Shown in pieces: positions 14,513 through 27,154 of a DNA stretch of 64,000 nt (the first letter of the stretch is position 1; every line of letters begins with the position of its first letter). The stretch spans positions 85,808,001 to 85,872,000 of the forward strand of contig OZ024741.1 of NCBI GenBank assembly GCA_964016885.1, given 5' to 3'. The DNA comes from Eledone cirrhosa. Its lineage: Eukaryota. Position numbers and translations under genes: made by a program. The notes beneath the pieces are model-generated. The model searched no databases. It had not been told where the DNA came from and saw only the letters and a program-made list of their open reading frames with translations.

Positions 14513-16214
14513 AAGCGAACTAGTGAATTCCTTAACCAAACAACCATTCCTGCGTATTCGTGTGTGTGTGTGTGTGTTTATATATGCTAGCTGAACCCAT
14601 GGAAATGCCACGTATTATAAAGGTTCTTACACATATATCCTTTCGAATCTACAATTACATACCCTCTACGGTTTCCTACAATTTCAACACACATATGAGA
14701 CTATGTGGGGAGGGGGTTGTGTGTGTAGTTTTGCAAAATTATTGGTGTGAAAACGTGTGTTAAACAGATATTGTTATACTTTGGGAGGGTCATGCTGCCA
14801 ATAAAAACATACGCACTTTTTGATTTTCACTTCGGTCTTTATTATATCCGATTGCTAAACAAACTGATAAATGGAGTAATTACTTGATTAATAATGTTAT
14901 AAATAATTATTAATAAAGTAACTAATCCATTCATTAATTGGTTTAGCACCGTTATTTAGTTGTCACACATTATGTGGCCTTTTCATTTACTATTTTGCTC
15001 CTCCATGTCTCCCCTCTACACTTTACTATTGTTCCAGTTACCCCGTCTAGTTTTTGTTCTTTTTTTCTTTGTCTTTCTGTAATGTATGTGTATGGTATAT
15101 ATGCATACACGTGTGTATGTGTATCCAAAACAAAACAGCCACTCCTTTCTGACAACGCCACCACTTCAACAGCAACCGCAGTTCTCACTACATCACACGT
15201 GTGTGTGTTTGAGATTTTCCCACTTGCTGGTACCACTTTCATTCCGACTAACACTCTTCTCTCTCATATATCGTAATATACTATAAGTAAATGATCTTCT
15301 CTTACTTCTGCCTCTCACTTTCCCTCCGATAAACATTATTTCCTCTCTTTTTTGACACGTTTTCCCTCCGTGTAACATGCGTACATCTAAACTATAATAA
15401 AGTAAGAAGCGCGGGACTGTGTACGGTTTATAATTTGTTATCCCATTAGTAAAATAAGTTGGATTATCAGTGAAATTCGATTGATGGAAACTACAAAAAC
15501 TCGACATATAAATATGTATATATATATTTGCTTTTTGGCCACTTAACATTTGGTGGTGTTTCTTTCTAAGTGGTTCGGTAGATAGAGATCGATTAAATAA
15601 ATACTGGCTGATGTTTGTATATTTAATCTCTGCATCGTAGATGATGGACTTTAACATTACATTTTTGTTGTAATGGACAGTCATCCTTTATCCGGCAAGA
15701 AGCATCCTGGATTTACATCTGGTTTGTTCTTTGCGGTCATTTTGGATCTCACCGAGCAGCGATTGAAGTTCTTAATGTAGCTATGTTGTGTGAGAAAGTG
15801 TTTTTCTAGGAATCTCTTACACTTGTCCTTACGTTAAGTATGGGTGGGGTGTATCAGATTATTTCCTCATTCTATTTCTATACTTGGGTGGTTTATTGGG
15901 CATGTATTTGATCTCTTCTCAGACTCCACTATCTCGGCGGGAGGGGTTTGTAGTATGGCGCTGCCTTCTTAGGCCAATAGTGTAGTTGGGAATTCTACGT
16001 TTAAGTGTATGAAGTATGTATAATCCAACACGATTACATACATCAGCGCTGTCGTACGACCCCATCGTGAAATCGAATGAATCCTCAGTCGGAGTTTTCT
16101 TTTACCCAAGCAGTACTGTTGTTAAACAGAAGGGTTCTTCGGGTGTGGTAGATTAGGTCTAACTCATAGTCACCGATGGATCCGAAGACACAGGCGAACT
16201 CCAAGGCCTTGTCT

Positions 16215-16380
16215 AATAATTGTTTCTACTTTTGGCACAAAGCCAGCAATTATCCCAGTGTATTACTGGTGCTTTATTTTATCGACCTCGTAAGGATGAA
16301 AGGCAAAGTTAACCTCGGCCGTATTTGAACTCAGACCATAAAGGGCCATAATTCTTTGCTGCAAAGCATGGCGTCAGACC
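16215..16380 (-). mobile_element. tRNA-derived SINE inserted in the Penelope-like RT
   Basis: Reverse complement of GAGTTCAAAT...GCCTTTCATCCTTACG...GTCGATAAAATAAAG...TAGAAACAATT. The same family recurs at ~17827, 19715, 20335, 23165, 23493, 30140, 39434, 43040, 43700 and 52595. Confidence 0.85.
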
Positions 16381-16870
16381 CTAGGAGTAAAAATCGGTTA
16401 TATCGAACTAGATGGATTTAGCCCTGTTCTTAGATTGGATATCTTTGAACCAGGATATAACAGATGTGTTATTCCTGATTAACAGGTTCGTATTGTTGAT
16501 GATTCGTGTGTTGATTTCCTTTCCCCTAAAATCTTCTTACGGCTAGGCCTAATTCTGTCCTGCAAGATGGCCTGTTTATAAAATCTGTTTTGTGATCCTT
16601 CAGCGTAATAAAACTATCATGCTTAACTAATTGTTCTAGCCTATTGACAATCTTAAAATTTCTAGCAAGTTCTTGACTTCGTCATTAATTGAATTGATGT
16701 GTCAGGTTTAACCTTCTGATATTTATTTTGTTATATTGTTTAGTATAAGTTGTTTATATCAATCTCTATTCATCTCATATAGATTCTTCGTTTTATCAGA
16801 GAAGACGAATACAATTTTTGACAATCTAAATATATATTATTAGTTTAATACTTGACAGAGTAGGAAAAGA

Positions 16871-16911
16871 TACTTAATGTTTCGGGCGCGCTAGTCCTTC
16901 ATCAGAAGGTA
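16871..16911 (-). ncRNA. Degenerate minimal hammerhead-like motif
   Basis: Minus strand tacctt-CTGATGA-aggactagcgcgccc-GAAA-cattaagta; helices imperfect. Confidence 0.45.
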
Positions 16912-17826
16912 GAAGGATAAAATAAAGAAGAAATACATTTCTTAATGTATTTTATGGGGGGGGGGGGCTACGGTACTTACAGAATTTTACGTTGGTCACT
17001 AAATCTAAGAGATCCGTTTCTAAATCCGCTAAATCCTTAACTTTAGGTGGATACTTAGTTGACTTGAAGTTGGATCTTTCAGTGGTGGATATTTTCGCGT
17101 CAAAAAGTAGAGCCTTCCATCTCAATATCCTTACTATATCCTCCACTTTCTCAAGAACCATTTTGGAGTAGAAGTTTGTTTGTTTGTGTTCTTGGTGGAG
17201 TAATTTAGCTCGTATATGTCCATTATGCTGTTGTGATTAGAATCATTAAGTCTGAAGGCATGAAATACTGCGAATCATGCGCTGCATAAGAAAACGACGA
17301 GAAAGATTTCAGAAAATACAAGGTATGTTTTTGATAACATTGTATTTGAATGTGTTGTGTTAGGTCGTTTGTAATTATGTGAGAAATGAATGGAAGTTGT
17401 AAATTTACAAAGTTTCATTGTAATTGAAAAACCTGGCCTTGCCAGTACGATCTGACTGACAAGGCCAGTGAGTGGAGAATGAGAGCTGTATGCCTGTGGG
17501 GAGGATAACCACAGGCTTCGGCTTTATTGAAGGTGTTTATTGACTGGGTCATCCTATCAACAAAGGAAAACCTTTATCCATTGTTTAATCCGCTAAGGTT
17601 TTAGGTCAGTATGTTGATTGGGTCATAACCTTGAAAACAATGGAAAATTCTTTTATATACACCCTTATTATGAACTACGCTATGTTAGTGCTACAGATAT
17701 ATATGTGTGTGTCTGTGTGCGCGCGTGTGTGTGTGCACGCTACTCTCTGATACTGCAGTATTGAACTGGCTATAAGGACATTTAAGCAATGTCCTATGCT
17801 GAGTAAAAAAGAAACACCTGGAAAAA

Positions 17827-17971
17827 GTTCAAATCTCGCCGAGGTTAGCTTTGCCTTTCATCCTTACGGGGTCGATAAAATAAAGCACCAGTAATGTGCT
17901 GAGGTCGATTTAATCGACTTTCCCCTCCCTTTCAAATTGTTGGCCTTGTGCCTAAAGTAGAAACAATTATT
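17827..17971 (+). mobile_element. SINE, same family (Deu/Nin-like central domain)
   Basis: GTTCAAATC...GAGGTTAGCTTTGCCTTTCATCCTTACGGGGTCGATAAAATAAAG...GGCCTTGTGCCTAAAGTAGAAACAATT. Confidence 0.85.
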
Positions 17972-18992
17972 AGCACAGATAAAAGTTTAAGCAAACAATT
18001 TGTGCTATCAGCCTTAAATTTGTTTGCTTAAACTTTTAATCTGCGCTAATAATTTGTTCTACGGGTTTATATATGAAGTCGTAGCTACGACTTCAGTATA
18101 TATATATACACGTCAGTGTTGGACTAGCTATAAGGACATTTAAGCAATGTCCAGTCTGTCACTGGGCTGGGTAAAAAAAAATATAAAAAGCTGGAAAAAT
18201 CTTACGAAAAACTGAAGTCGTAGCTACTAAAATTTGAACGAAAAGGGAACCGCCTTAGTTTAAGAATGAAAACACACCTTTGGGCCTTCAGCGGTTAGCT
18301 CTTTGTTAGTCCGTATTGCTTTAGCTAAGCAGTGGAAACATGCCTCTAGTCTTCAGCAACCCGTTAGTCAGTATTTTTCGGATGTCCGGGCTGTTTTAAG
18401 ATCCAGGCCACTTTTGGATTTACTCTTCAAAATAAGCAGCAATCACCAAGTATTGTACTTCATGCACGGGACAACATAAAGCTGGCTAAAGAAAGCCTTT
18501 ATCAAGTTGTTTGACAAGTTATATTTTATGTCGTCTGTCAAATATGTTATGTTGGCTGATAACTATGTTTTATTTATGGTTCAAAGCCTGCTCTTTTTCC
18601 CTTTAAGTCAACGTTTTCGACATTCTGCTGAATCTTCTTTGTATAGATTCTCTCTGCGAGAGGCAGTGTGACCCTTTCGAACCTTATGTCTAATGCAATA
18701 CACACTATTTCAATTAACTAGTGAAGAATTGTGAAGCATTTACTAAAATTGTTGATTATTTAATTACTAAGATAACAACTTAACATGGTTTTATATAAAA
18801 TTATATTAGAAGATTTAAATTTAAATAAGAACTCTTTAGTGGCTTTGTTTCATAGAACCAGGGACGCTTTTAATCGGGTTATTTTATGTAGGCAACATGT
18901 AACAGCCACCTTCGGGATTTTGTGAAGCCTGGATGAAGTTTTTGAAATTTATGAGTTGTATTTGTCAGGTGACTTGATCTAAGACTGAGTAT

Positions 18993-19190
18993 GTTGAAAC
19001 TGAAGCAAATACAGTATAGAAAAATCATTTTAGCTACAGTTGTACTTATCTAGCAAGTGACATTTGAAACTAAAGCAATCACAACGTGGAGGTGTCATTT
19101 TAGTCACAGTTGTATTTGTCTAGCAAATAACTTTTAAGACTAAAGCGGAAGAGTTATTTTAGTCACAGTTGTACTTGTCTGGCAAGTGAA
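18993..19190. repeat. ~60-70 bp degenerate tandem repeat, 3 copies
   Basis: Recurring ATTTTAG(TC/CT)ACAGTTGTA(C/T)TT(G/A)TCT(A/G)GCAA. Confidence 0.8.
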
Positions 19191-19714
19191 TTCATATGAG
19201 ATCATGTGTATTGAAACTAGAGAATTACGCCATAGTTGTTTTAGTAATTAGAAAAACACACACACAAAGATTGAGTGAGTTGCAATGATAATGTATATTT
19301 TATATTTGTCTGTCAACTATGTATTATCTTCGCAAACATCTATATGTGTATGTTGACTTTCCATTGACATAAACATAATTTGAGATTTCTCCATTTTATT
19401 ATTTTATTGATGTTGTTATTGCTTTTGTTGCTGTTCTTGTTATTGTTTAGTCTATTTTCTATTTCTTGTTATTCTTTTACTGTTTTCAGTCATTAGACTG
19501 CGGTGAAGCAGGTCACCACCTTCGAGAAATTTATTTAATCGTGCCACCGACCCAATACATATTTTATTTATATCCCTTTGTTAAACTACTAAATTTCAGG
19601 TCATAAACAGTAAAGAGGTGTCTTTTTCGCTTTATACTTTACCTAGGTTGTTTTTATTTTTATTTTTATTGTTTTTCTTTTTTCTTCTTAGACGCTTACT
19701 TGTGTAATAACATA

Positions 19715-19915
19715 ATTGTTTAGGCACAAAGCCAACAATTTCGGGGGAGGAGAAAGTCGATTATTCGACTCCAGTGTATTACTGGTATTTTATTTTATCG
19801 ACCTCGTAAGGATGAAAGGCAAAGCTAAGGTCGGCGGGATTTGAACTCAGAACGTAAAGGGTCATAACTCTATGCCGCTAAGCATGTCAGACGCTCTACC
19901 GATTCTGGTAATCCG
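19715..19915 (-). mobile_element. SINE with tRNA-like head
   Basis: Reverse B box (GGGATTTGAACTC) and A-box region (CTCTACCGATTCTGG). Confidence 0.85.
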
Positions 19916-20196
19916 GGACCAATTGACTTATGTAAACAATTCTGTTTCCTGGTGAGATTCTGAGAGATGTTTGTATCCCATCATCGATATAATTAATTAA
20001 GTGGCTAATAATTTTGGTCGTTTGGAATCGTATCTCTCTTAATCAAAACGTTCGTTGATATAAATGATTTAACTGAGTAAAGCTTTTGGTTACTTCTGAA
20101 ATAAAGTCTTAATGAGTTATTAACGTGAATAACACTTCGAGCTTTAACACACCTTCATAAAATACAAGTGAATATATCCACTTTCAATTGTTTTAC

Positions 20197-20236
<40 letters not shown>

Positions 20237-20334
20237 GAGGTTATATTTAATTTGTTGGGATTCAACAAGCTTAAACATTTTTATAACTGATATAAAGCAC
20301 TCAACAAGTTAGTGGAGTAAATATACAATATATT

Positions 20335-20515
20335 AATTGTTTCTACTTTAGGCACAAGGCCAGCAATTACCCAGTGCATTGCTGGTACTTTATTTTATCG
20401 ACCCCGTAAGGATGAAAGGCAAAGTCAACCTCGGCGGGATTTGAACTCAGATCGTAAAGGGACGTAACTATGCTGGAAAGCATGGCATCCGACACTCTAC
20501 CGATACTGCCAATCC
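20335..20515 (-). mobile_element. SINE, young short subfamily
   Basis: Near-identical to 30140-30305 and to both arms of 52595-52882. Confidence 0.88.
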
Positions 20516-20761
20516 AATGGAAACTATATTTATAAAACCATATTTATTTTATTATATATATTTCAAGGGCAACCAAGGCAAATTATGGTGTGCTTTCATC
20601 AGATAAAATACAGATTTGTTTAATAAATAAATATTGACATACTCGGAAAAAAGACAACCTTAACTGTTGGAGCTTCCTGGATAGTGGAGATATTTTATTG
20701 AGGGCAATACAAAGTTATGAGTGAGTATGCAAATGAGTGTCCGAAAAGTTGAAAAGATAAC

Positions 20762-20831
<70 letters not shown>

Positions 20832-21610
20832 CAAACATATATGTATTTGTGTGTGTGTGTGTGTGCGTGTGTGTGTGTAAACATATGTATTTGTGTGTGT
20901 GTGTGTAAACATATGTATTTGTGTGTGTAAACATATATGTATTTGTGTGTGTGTGTAAACATATATGTATTTGTATAGATGTGTGTGTGTGTATATATGT
21001 ATAGATATATGTGTGTGTGTGACAAAAGAGCTTTAATGACAACGAAACAACCAACTGGTTATTAAACTAAACGACTAGGAAAATATTTTAAATGGAAGTG
21101 AAAGGTGTGTGTGTGTTTTATTGGCAGAATGAACCTCCCAAAGTATAACAATGTATATGTGTGTGTATGTATGTATGTATGTATGTATATAGATAGATAG
21201 ATAGATAGATATATACATAATATGTACATAGCAGGGGCGAAGGGTCCGTGCATGCGTTATAGAATCTTGAGTTGATCAATTACGTCGGTTGAAGCAAGCA
21301 GAATTTTGGCTGCTTACTAAATCGTAGACACAAAAAAAATAACACACACACACACACACACACACGCAAACACACGACAGCTTTGGGGCAAGCAGAATTT
21401 TGACTGCTTACTAAATCGTAGACATAAAAAGATAACACACTCACACACATTAGATAACACTACATGCGGCTTTGAGCGGGAAGGTCATTTAGAGGGGGGG
21501 GTAAGGCTGCACAGCCCCACTTTCCGCCATGGCGATTGGACTGCGTGCCCTGCTTTCCACGTTACCCTTTGCCATTGATATATATATATATACATTTATG
21601 TATGTATATA

Positions 21611-21941
21611 TGTAACGAAGGGTATTAGTGGTGGTTGTTAGATGAAATAAACAATGATAGCTGATTTACTTTATATATAAAAAGGTTGACTTCACTTCAG
21701 TCAAAAAGAACAATAAACAAGTTACCACGAGTCGCAAAGGTTGACGATGTATTTTTTGTTGTAGTTTGAGACCAGGAGAGAAAGACGTGGGGTTATATAG
21801 GCTTTATATACCTGTCGCTTTCTATCTCGCACCTTGAGGGATCGCCCACGCATGAACCTGTCCACACCGAAAAGGATGGTGACCTAGAATTTGACTCTTA
21901 GGTGCCACCCAGGGTTCAAGGCGTGGACAGATTTCGCTACA
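21611..21941. mobile_element. Probable solo LTR
   Basis: Termini TGTAACGAA...TTCGCTACA, 331 bp, flanked by TATA/TATA (TSD ambiguous inside a TA tract). Confidence 0.7.
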
Positions 21942-21949
21942 TATATATG

Positions 21950-22007
<58 letters not shown>

Positions 22008-22041
22008 GTATAATAAACATTCGTTCGTCGGACAAGGTAAT

Positions 22042-22119
22042 ATTACCTTGTCCGACGAACGAATGAGGACGTTTTTTTCGTATTCGTCTTATTCGGGAAA
22101 CCTCTGGTAATGAGGTAAT
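22042..22119 (+). ncRNA. Type I hammerhead ribozyme candidate, U4C core
   Basis: Helix I ATTACCTTGT/ATGAGGTAAT; core CCGACGA; stem II CGAATGA-GACG/CGTC-TTATTCG; GAAA; stem III ACC-tct-GGT; cleavage triplet GTA. Confidence 0.7.
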
Positions 22120-22923
22120 TATATTGTATTGTTTATTATACATTAAATTTTGCTCTGGTACTTACATAGAGCACTCTTCACTCCTATGACTTTTTCAATT
22201 TTCAACGGAAACTTCAATACTTATATATATATATATAGTTAAATAAGATAACAAGGACGATTTGTTACTCCTTCATTACGTTTATTGGCTGGTGACGCGC
22301 GACACTGAAGTGAACCTACAGTAACTCCAAGTTACACTCCCTGGATATATGTATATGTATGTATATATATATATATATAGAGAGAGAGAGATAATTTAAT
22401 ATATCTACTAACATAAGCGCACAGATGTACGCTAATGCCAGCAAATACACAGGTTATGTCATAGTACCTAGGTGGTTCAATGCAGGAGGATGCAGAACAA
22501 TAATATAAAAGACGTAAAATAAGAAAAATTTAAAAAAAAAAAATTTTTTTTTAAATTAACTTACTTACTTAAATTTTCACTCCAACTAATTAGTTTCTGC
22601 AATGGGATAAAGACAGTTACGTAATGAACTGTTGAGAATTTCATTGCGTCATCAGGGAGGTCATTCTCAGCTAACCATGGCAGGATTTGGACTCAGAACA
22701 TAAAGGGACGTAACTATATGTCACATATCATGGTGTCTGATGCCCTACTGATACTGCCAATCCACTGCTCTAGACTGGAATAAATAATGCCATAGAGTTT
22801 TTGAATAGTCTCCACAAGAACATAAATATGATTCAACCTATTTGTGATAAAATATAGTTTCGAGGAAACTATATTGGATAACTAAGAAAGTCTTTATTAA
22901 CCTTATTCTGTATCTGCTACATT

Positions 22924-23130
22924 TTAACCCTTAGGCATTTATATTATTCTATATATACTGTTGTATTTTCATGGTAAAGGTTTTATCTCACATAATATTC
23001 AATCTATGAGATTTTGATATCATTTATTTTGAGAACAATACCTTAACATCTGTATAAGTGGTCAGTTACAGCTGGTTTGTACAGAGAGCGGTGAGAGAAT
23101 TCTGGTCAGATAATGGGGGATTAAACTTTG
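22924..23130. mobile_element. Degenerate piggyBac-like MITE
   Basis: Starts TTAACCCTT; interior homologous to 43951-44236. Confidence 0.6.
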
Positions 23131-23689
23131 ATAGCATATCTTTAAATTTTACCCATTTCTGAGGGTGGTAGGATTGGCAGAATTGGTTGAGCATTGGATA
23201 AAATATCATGGCAGTATTTCTTCTGGATTTTCACATTCTGAGTTAAAATCCAAGCAAGGTCAACTTTGACTTTCATCCTTTAAGGGCCGATAGAATAGAG
23301 TACCAGTAAAGTATTGAGGTTAATTTAATCAACTTTGCCCTTCCCTAAAATTTGCTGACCACATGCTTAAATTAGAAATGAATATTTTTCCAACATTTGA
23401 CTAATTACATTTTAGCTGAATTTGATTTGGGATGTAATCTATATCAATCTTGCAAGCATAGTGAATTCATTTATTATTTTTCATACATTCATTACGGGGT
23501 CGATAAAATAAAGTACCAGTAATGCACTGGTAATTGCTGGCCTTGTGCCTAACGTAGAAACAATTATTTTTCATACATGCATTTGTTCTCATATAATAAA
23601 TATATAAAACTAAATAGAAATACATACATATAATCAATTAATTGTTTATGATATATATTGTTTATTTAAAATTGCTATATGGTTGGTGT

Positions 23690-24135
23690 CAATAGACTCT
23701 TATAAATATTACAAATAAAAAGAGGAAAAAGAAAGAAAAGGGTAAAGATAAAAGAAAGAAAAGGGTAAAGATAAAAGAAAGAAAAGGGAAAAGATAAAAG
23801 AAAAAACACACGCAATACGTACACACATACAACAAAAGACAGGCGAAAGGGGTGGTCAAACGAACCAATACCAGAACAAAAGATAACGATAACACAAGGA
23901 GCACAGGAAAACCTCTCTAATAATTTTTGAGGCAAGCCAGAATGCTCGCAGCATTACCTTGGGTGATGGCGAGGCTGATGCGCTGGGACAGCCAAGCGCC
24001 TTCATGAACATCACCAGTTACCTCAGTTAAGCGAGCCGCCAATGAAGAAAGAACATTGCAGTTAGTGGCCCGACTCCCCCAAACGCCTCGAACACCACAG
24101 GCTTGAAAAGGTAGTTAACCGACAGAATTTGATAA
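23690..24135 (-). mobile_element. 3' end of a CRE-clade (restriction-like endonuclease) non-LTR element
   Basis: Minus-strand translation YLFKPVVFEAFGGVGP...LAARLTEVTGDVHEGAWLSQRISLAITQGNAASIL matches the CRE C-terminal pattern QRxSxAxQRGNA; T-rich 3' UTR follows. Confidence 0.7.
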
Positions 24136-25024
24136 TAAATAAATTTACTATGCTTGCAAAAAGACAACAAAAAAAAAACCTATATTTATTATTTTTTTTG
24201 TGCCCCCTCCTTTTCTAATTCATCTGATTTGCTGTGTCCTCGTAAGATATCACTGTTCAACTACGTTATCTTTAACACTACTCACCAACAATCCAAAGTC
24301 TATTAAATCCTATTCAGCACATTCTAATTAAACACACAACTTTACTACTGTGTGTAAAGGAGCGAGAAAAATATGGACCCCCAGCTCTCGCGTAAGGAAA
24401 CAAATAAAAAAGAAAATTTGCCAAGAAAAAAAATCTAATTGGAACAACATGGCAACATTTACATTATATTTAAACAATATAATTATTGAAAAGTGCATTT
24501 TAATTTTTTCTAACATTGAATGTATGTGTGTGTGCATGAATGTATGGTTTTAAAAGGCTACCAATGTTGTAGGCCTAAAATATTGTCAAGAATTTACCAA
24601 CCATAAATAAGGTCTTCCAATACATGGAGGCAACAAAAAGGTTTCAGTAACAAAAACATTTAACTCTTCCTTATTTGTCCTTTTTCCATTTCTTTTTCTT
24701 TTTTGTTTCATTTGCCCCCCCCCCCCCCCTCTCTATCTATCTATCTATCTATCTCTCTATCGTTTGTTGTTTATATGTTATACTAGTTTACTTTGATTAC
24801 AATAGAAATAGGGAATGAAAATAATAGACATCACAATCTCCCTGTTCCATGGTGGTAAGCCTTCATCTATTCTAGTCCTGTAGAAGTCCTTTCTATATGA
24901 GGCTTATCAGCCAATGGATACACTTGAGAATACTATGTATTCTCAGCAGTTCCAGCAAGTAGCAGAGACAAGAGAGTACACAATCTTGACAAGGAGCAAG
25001 ACACTCCGAAACAATTAACAATTA

Positions 25025-26785
25025 TCAAAACACAGAGTTTAAGATTTTGGCTAAGGTGTTAATGAAGAGGTTGGCACTTGTCATCAAGGATTTGGTAGGA
25101 GAGGTGCAAATCTGCGCAATCCCAACCAGGTCCATACAACGACAACCTCTACCTCATGTGATACATCATAGAGAGGGTAGGGTGTAAACCTGGCTTTGGT
25201 GGGGCTCTGATCAATTTCGATCAATTGAAAGCTTTCAAGGATCACTGCAATGCAGAGTGGCATCTGCTCGATGGTCATAGTTAATGGCCATCTTTCAGAA
25301 CTATTTCAGATCTCCCGATTGGTCCGTTAAGGATGTCCTCTCTCTTCCTTTCTGTACGTATTGACTCTTGAGCCTTTACTATGGGAGCTGGAGCTGTTAC
25401 AGGGCATCCCGCTCAAACTGGGACTTGGAAAGGTTGTGTCAGCATATTGAGACAACATCACTGTGATGGTGTCAAACACCTCAGAAAACAAGGTGGTCAG
25501 CACCTTCTTGGAGGAATATGAAAGGTTGACAGTAGCAAACTAAACCTGGAAAACTCAGTGGGCTTGCAACTGAGCACCTGGAGAGGCAAGCCCATGACAT
25601 TCAACAGTGTTGTTGGATGCTGGATGTTGCTCAGGGTCTGGCTCAGATCAACCTCCAGGTGGATAAGAATTGGGATGATTTACGAACAGGGTAGCCACTC
25701 TCACCCATAAATGGGCCGAGAAGAAGGTGTCCCTGAAAGTTCAGGCGGAGGTGGCTAATGCATACATCACATCCGTCATCTATTACATATATCGTGCCTT
25801 GGCCCCCATTCATGCCTTGCCAAATTGGAATCGCTCCTCTTCAACTTCTTGTAGGATGGACAGGTTCCGTTGGTGAGGTAGTCCATCTGATGCCTACACC
25901 CTCTACACAGAGGGTTGGGCACGGCATGGCATGGCTAATGATGCGCTAACATGCGCTGAGGTTGTGGCATCTCTAGATATTCTGCTTAAACGTGGTTGCC
26001 GTTTGTGAGACAGGCTCTTCTGCAGCTCATCACTTTGACTAAGCTGCAGTCGTGGGTGAAGAAGAGACCAAGACTGGGTCGTTGGTATCTGGAATGTTGC
26101 CAGGCACTCACTGCCCTCAGTGAAACTTTCACTCTCAAGTTCTATAGAAGATTAGAGGTAATGTCTGTGCATTACTGACTTGTGGAATTATGTAGAACAG
26201 CTGTTGTCACATGTAGGACGGATCTGGCTATCAACCAAGTCCATAGTCTTTTGACCCGGAAGGGCAGGCAGTTTTTCTCTGTCTGTCTGGTAGCAGTAGT
26301 GAAAGAGGTTGTGTGGTGGACCAGTCTGAAAGGACTAAAGACAGACACTTTTCTCTTCAGCCAATCCCTCATCAACTTTCTCAAGTTCCACTTGGAAAGG
26401 AAGGTGTAGGGTGGATAGAGAAGTGCTGCCCCCCAGTACATTTGTGAAAAGGTGGGTGATTGTTGCAAGATTGGCCCATGTGAATGGGCCTACTCTGAGC
26501 ATGTGCCTGTAGGCTGGTTGAACTGAGGAGTGGAGTACCCTTCTTATGTGGCCTTGAAACACCAGGTAGTTCATCATTGGTGGGGTACCTGAGTCACTCC
26601 TGCATGGTTATCCCCCTATTGGGGAATTTATTTTGTTATATTTTTTATTAATTGTTTTTGTTAATTTGTTTTTATTCAATTTTTCTGTAAAACCCCCACT
26701 GTCCCTATCTATTGTATTGTCCCCTATATGTAGGCCTTAGTGGCCAATAAAGAAATTATTATTATTAATATTATTATTATTATTT
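25025..26785 (+). mobile_element. Old 5'-truncated Tx1/L1-clade LINE related to the 58.3-64 kb element
   Basis: Colinear similarity, e.g. CACAGAGTTTAAGATTTTGGCTAAGG vs ~61900 and KEVVWWTSLKGLK vs ~63560; ends AATAAAGAA(ATT)n. Confidence 0.88.
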
Positions 26786-26821
26786 ATTTATTTATTTATT
26801 TATTTGTATCTCCCCAGATAA

Positions 26822-27086
26822 ATGTTGTGCGTAAAGATTTTTCGGAGGCCACAAACGCTTCTGTACATAGTGTTTGGGATCTCTATAGGTGTGACACTGT
26901 CGATGCTCAGTAATTCAATGAATGGTTTCTCATGGAGTAAGCTGGCTCTACAGAACTACAACTTCAGAATCGGCCACAACCACCATCATCCCATGCACTT
27001 TGACCTCCGGGATGCTGCTGCTGTTGCTGATTCTATAAATATTGATGAGCAGCATGAGCCACATGACGACTCACATGTACATCACG
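26822..27086 (+). CDS. C1GALT1: C1GALT1-like T-synthase, coding exon 1 (cytoplasmic tail, TM anchor, His-rich stem)
   Basis: Acceptor CAG at 26815-26817, ATG 26822, TM segment LLYIVFGISIGVTLSML. Donor G|GTGAGT after 27086 (phase 1) joins exon 2 as G|AT = Asp. Confidence 0.8.
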
Positions 27087-27154
27087 GTGAGTTTTGTTTG
27101 TTGTTGTTGATTTTGTTGCTCCTTTTATTGCTTAAGTTCTCCTACCCTCTAGAC

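Larger units (their letters stand above)
15610..17200 (-). mobile_element. Degraded Penelope-like element (Naiad-type RT and Cys linker)
   Basis: Manual minus-strand translation gives LEKVEDIVRILRWKALLF...FKS..PP (16952-17161), NTSVISWFKDI...FDITDFY (~16385-16480), FDFTMGSYDSADVCNRVGLYIL (~16010-16080), KHF...FNR and C-S-C-RIKDD-C-PLQQK-C...IIYDAEI (~15620-15705). Many stops and frameshifts. Confidence 0.8.

Noticed and set aside
17281-17328. Possible 5' UTR exon of C1GALT1 (AAG|GTATGT at 17322)
   Set aside because: A donor-like hexamer alone is insufficient; the promoter and non-coding first exon could not be located.
22635-22660. Minus-strand CTGATGA...GAAA
   Set aside because: No stem II or helix I pairing; same problem for CTGAAGA-gct-GAAA at ~45086-45099.
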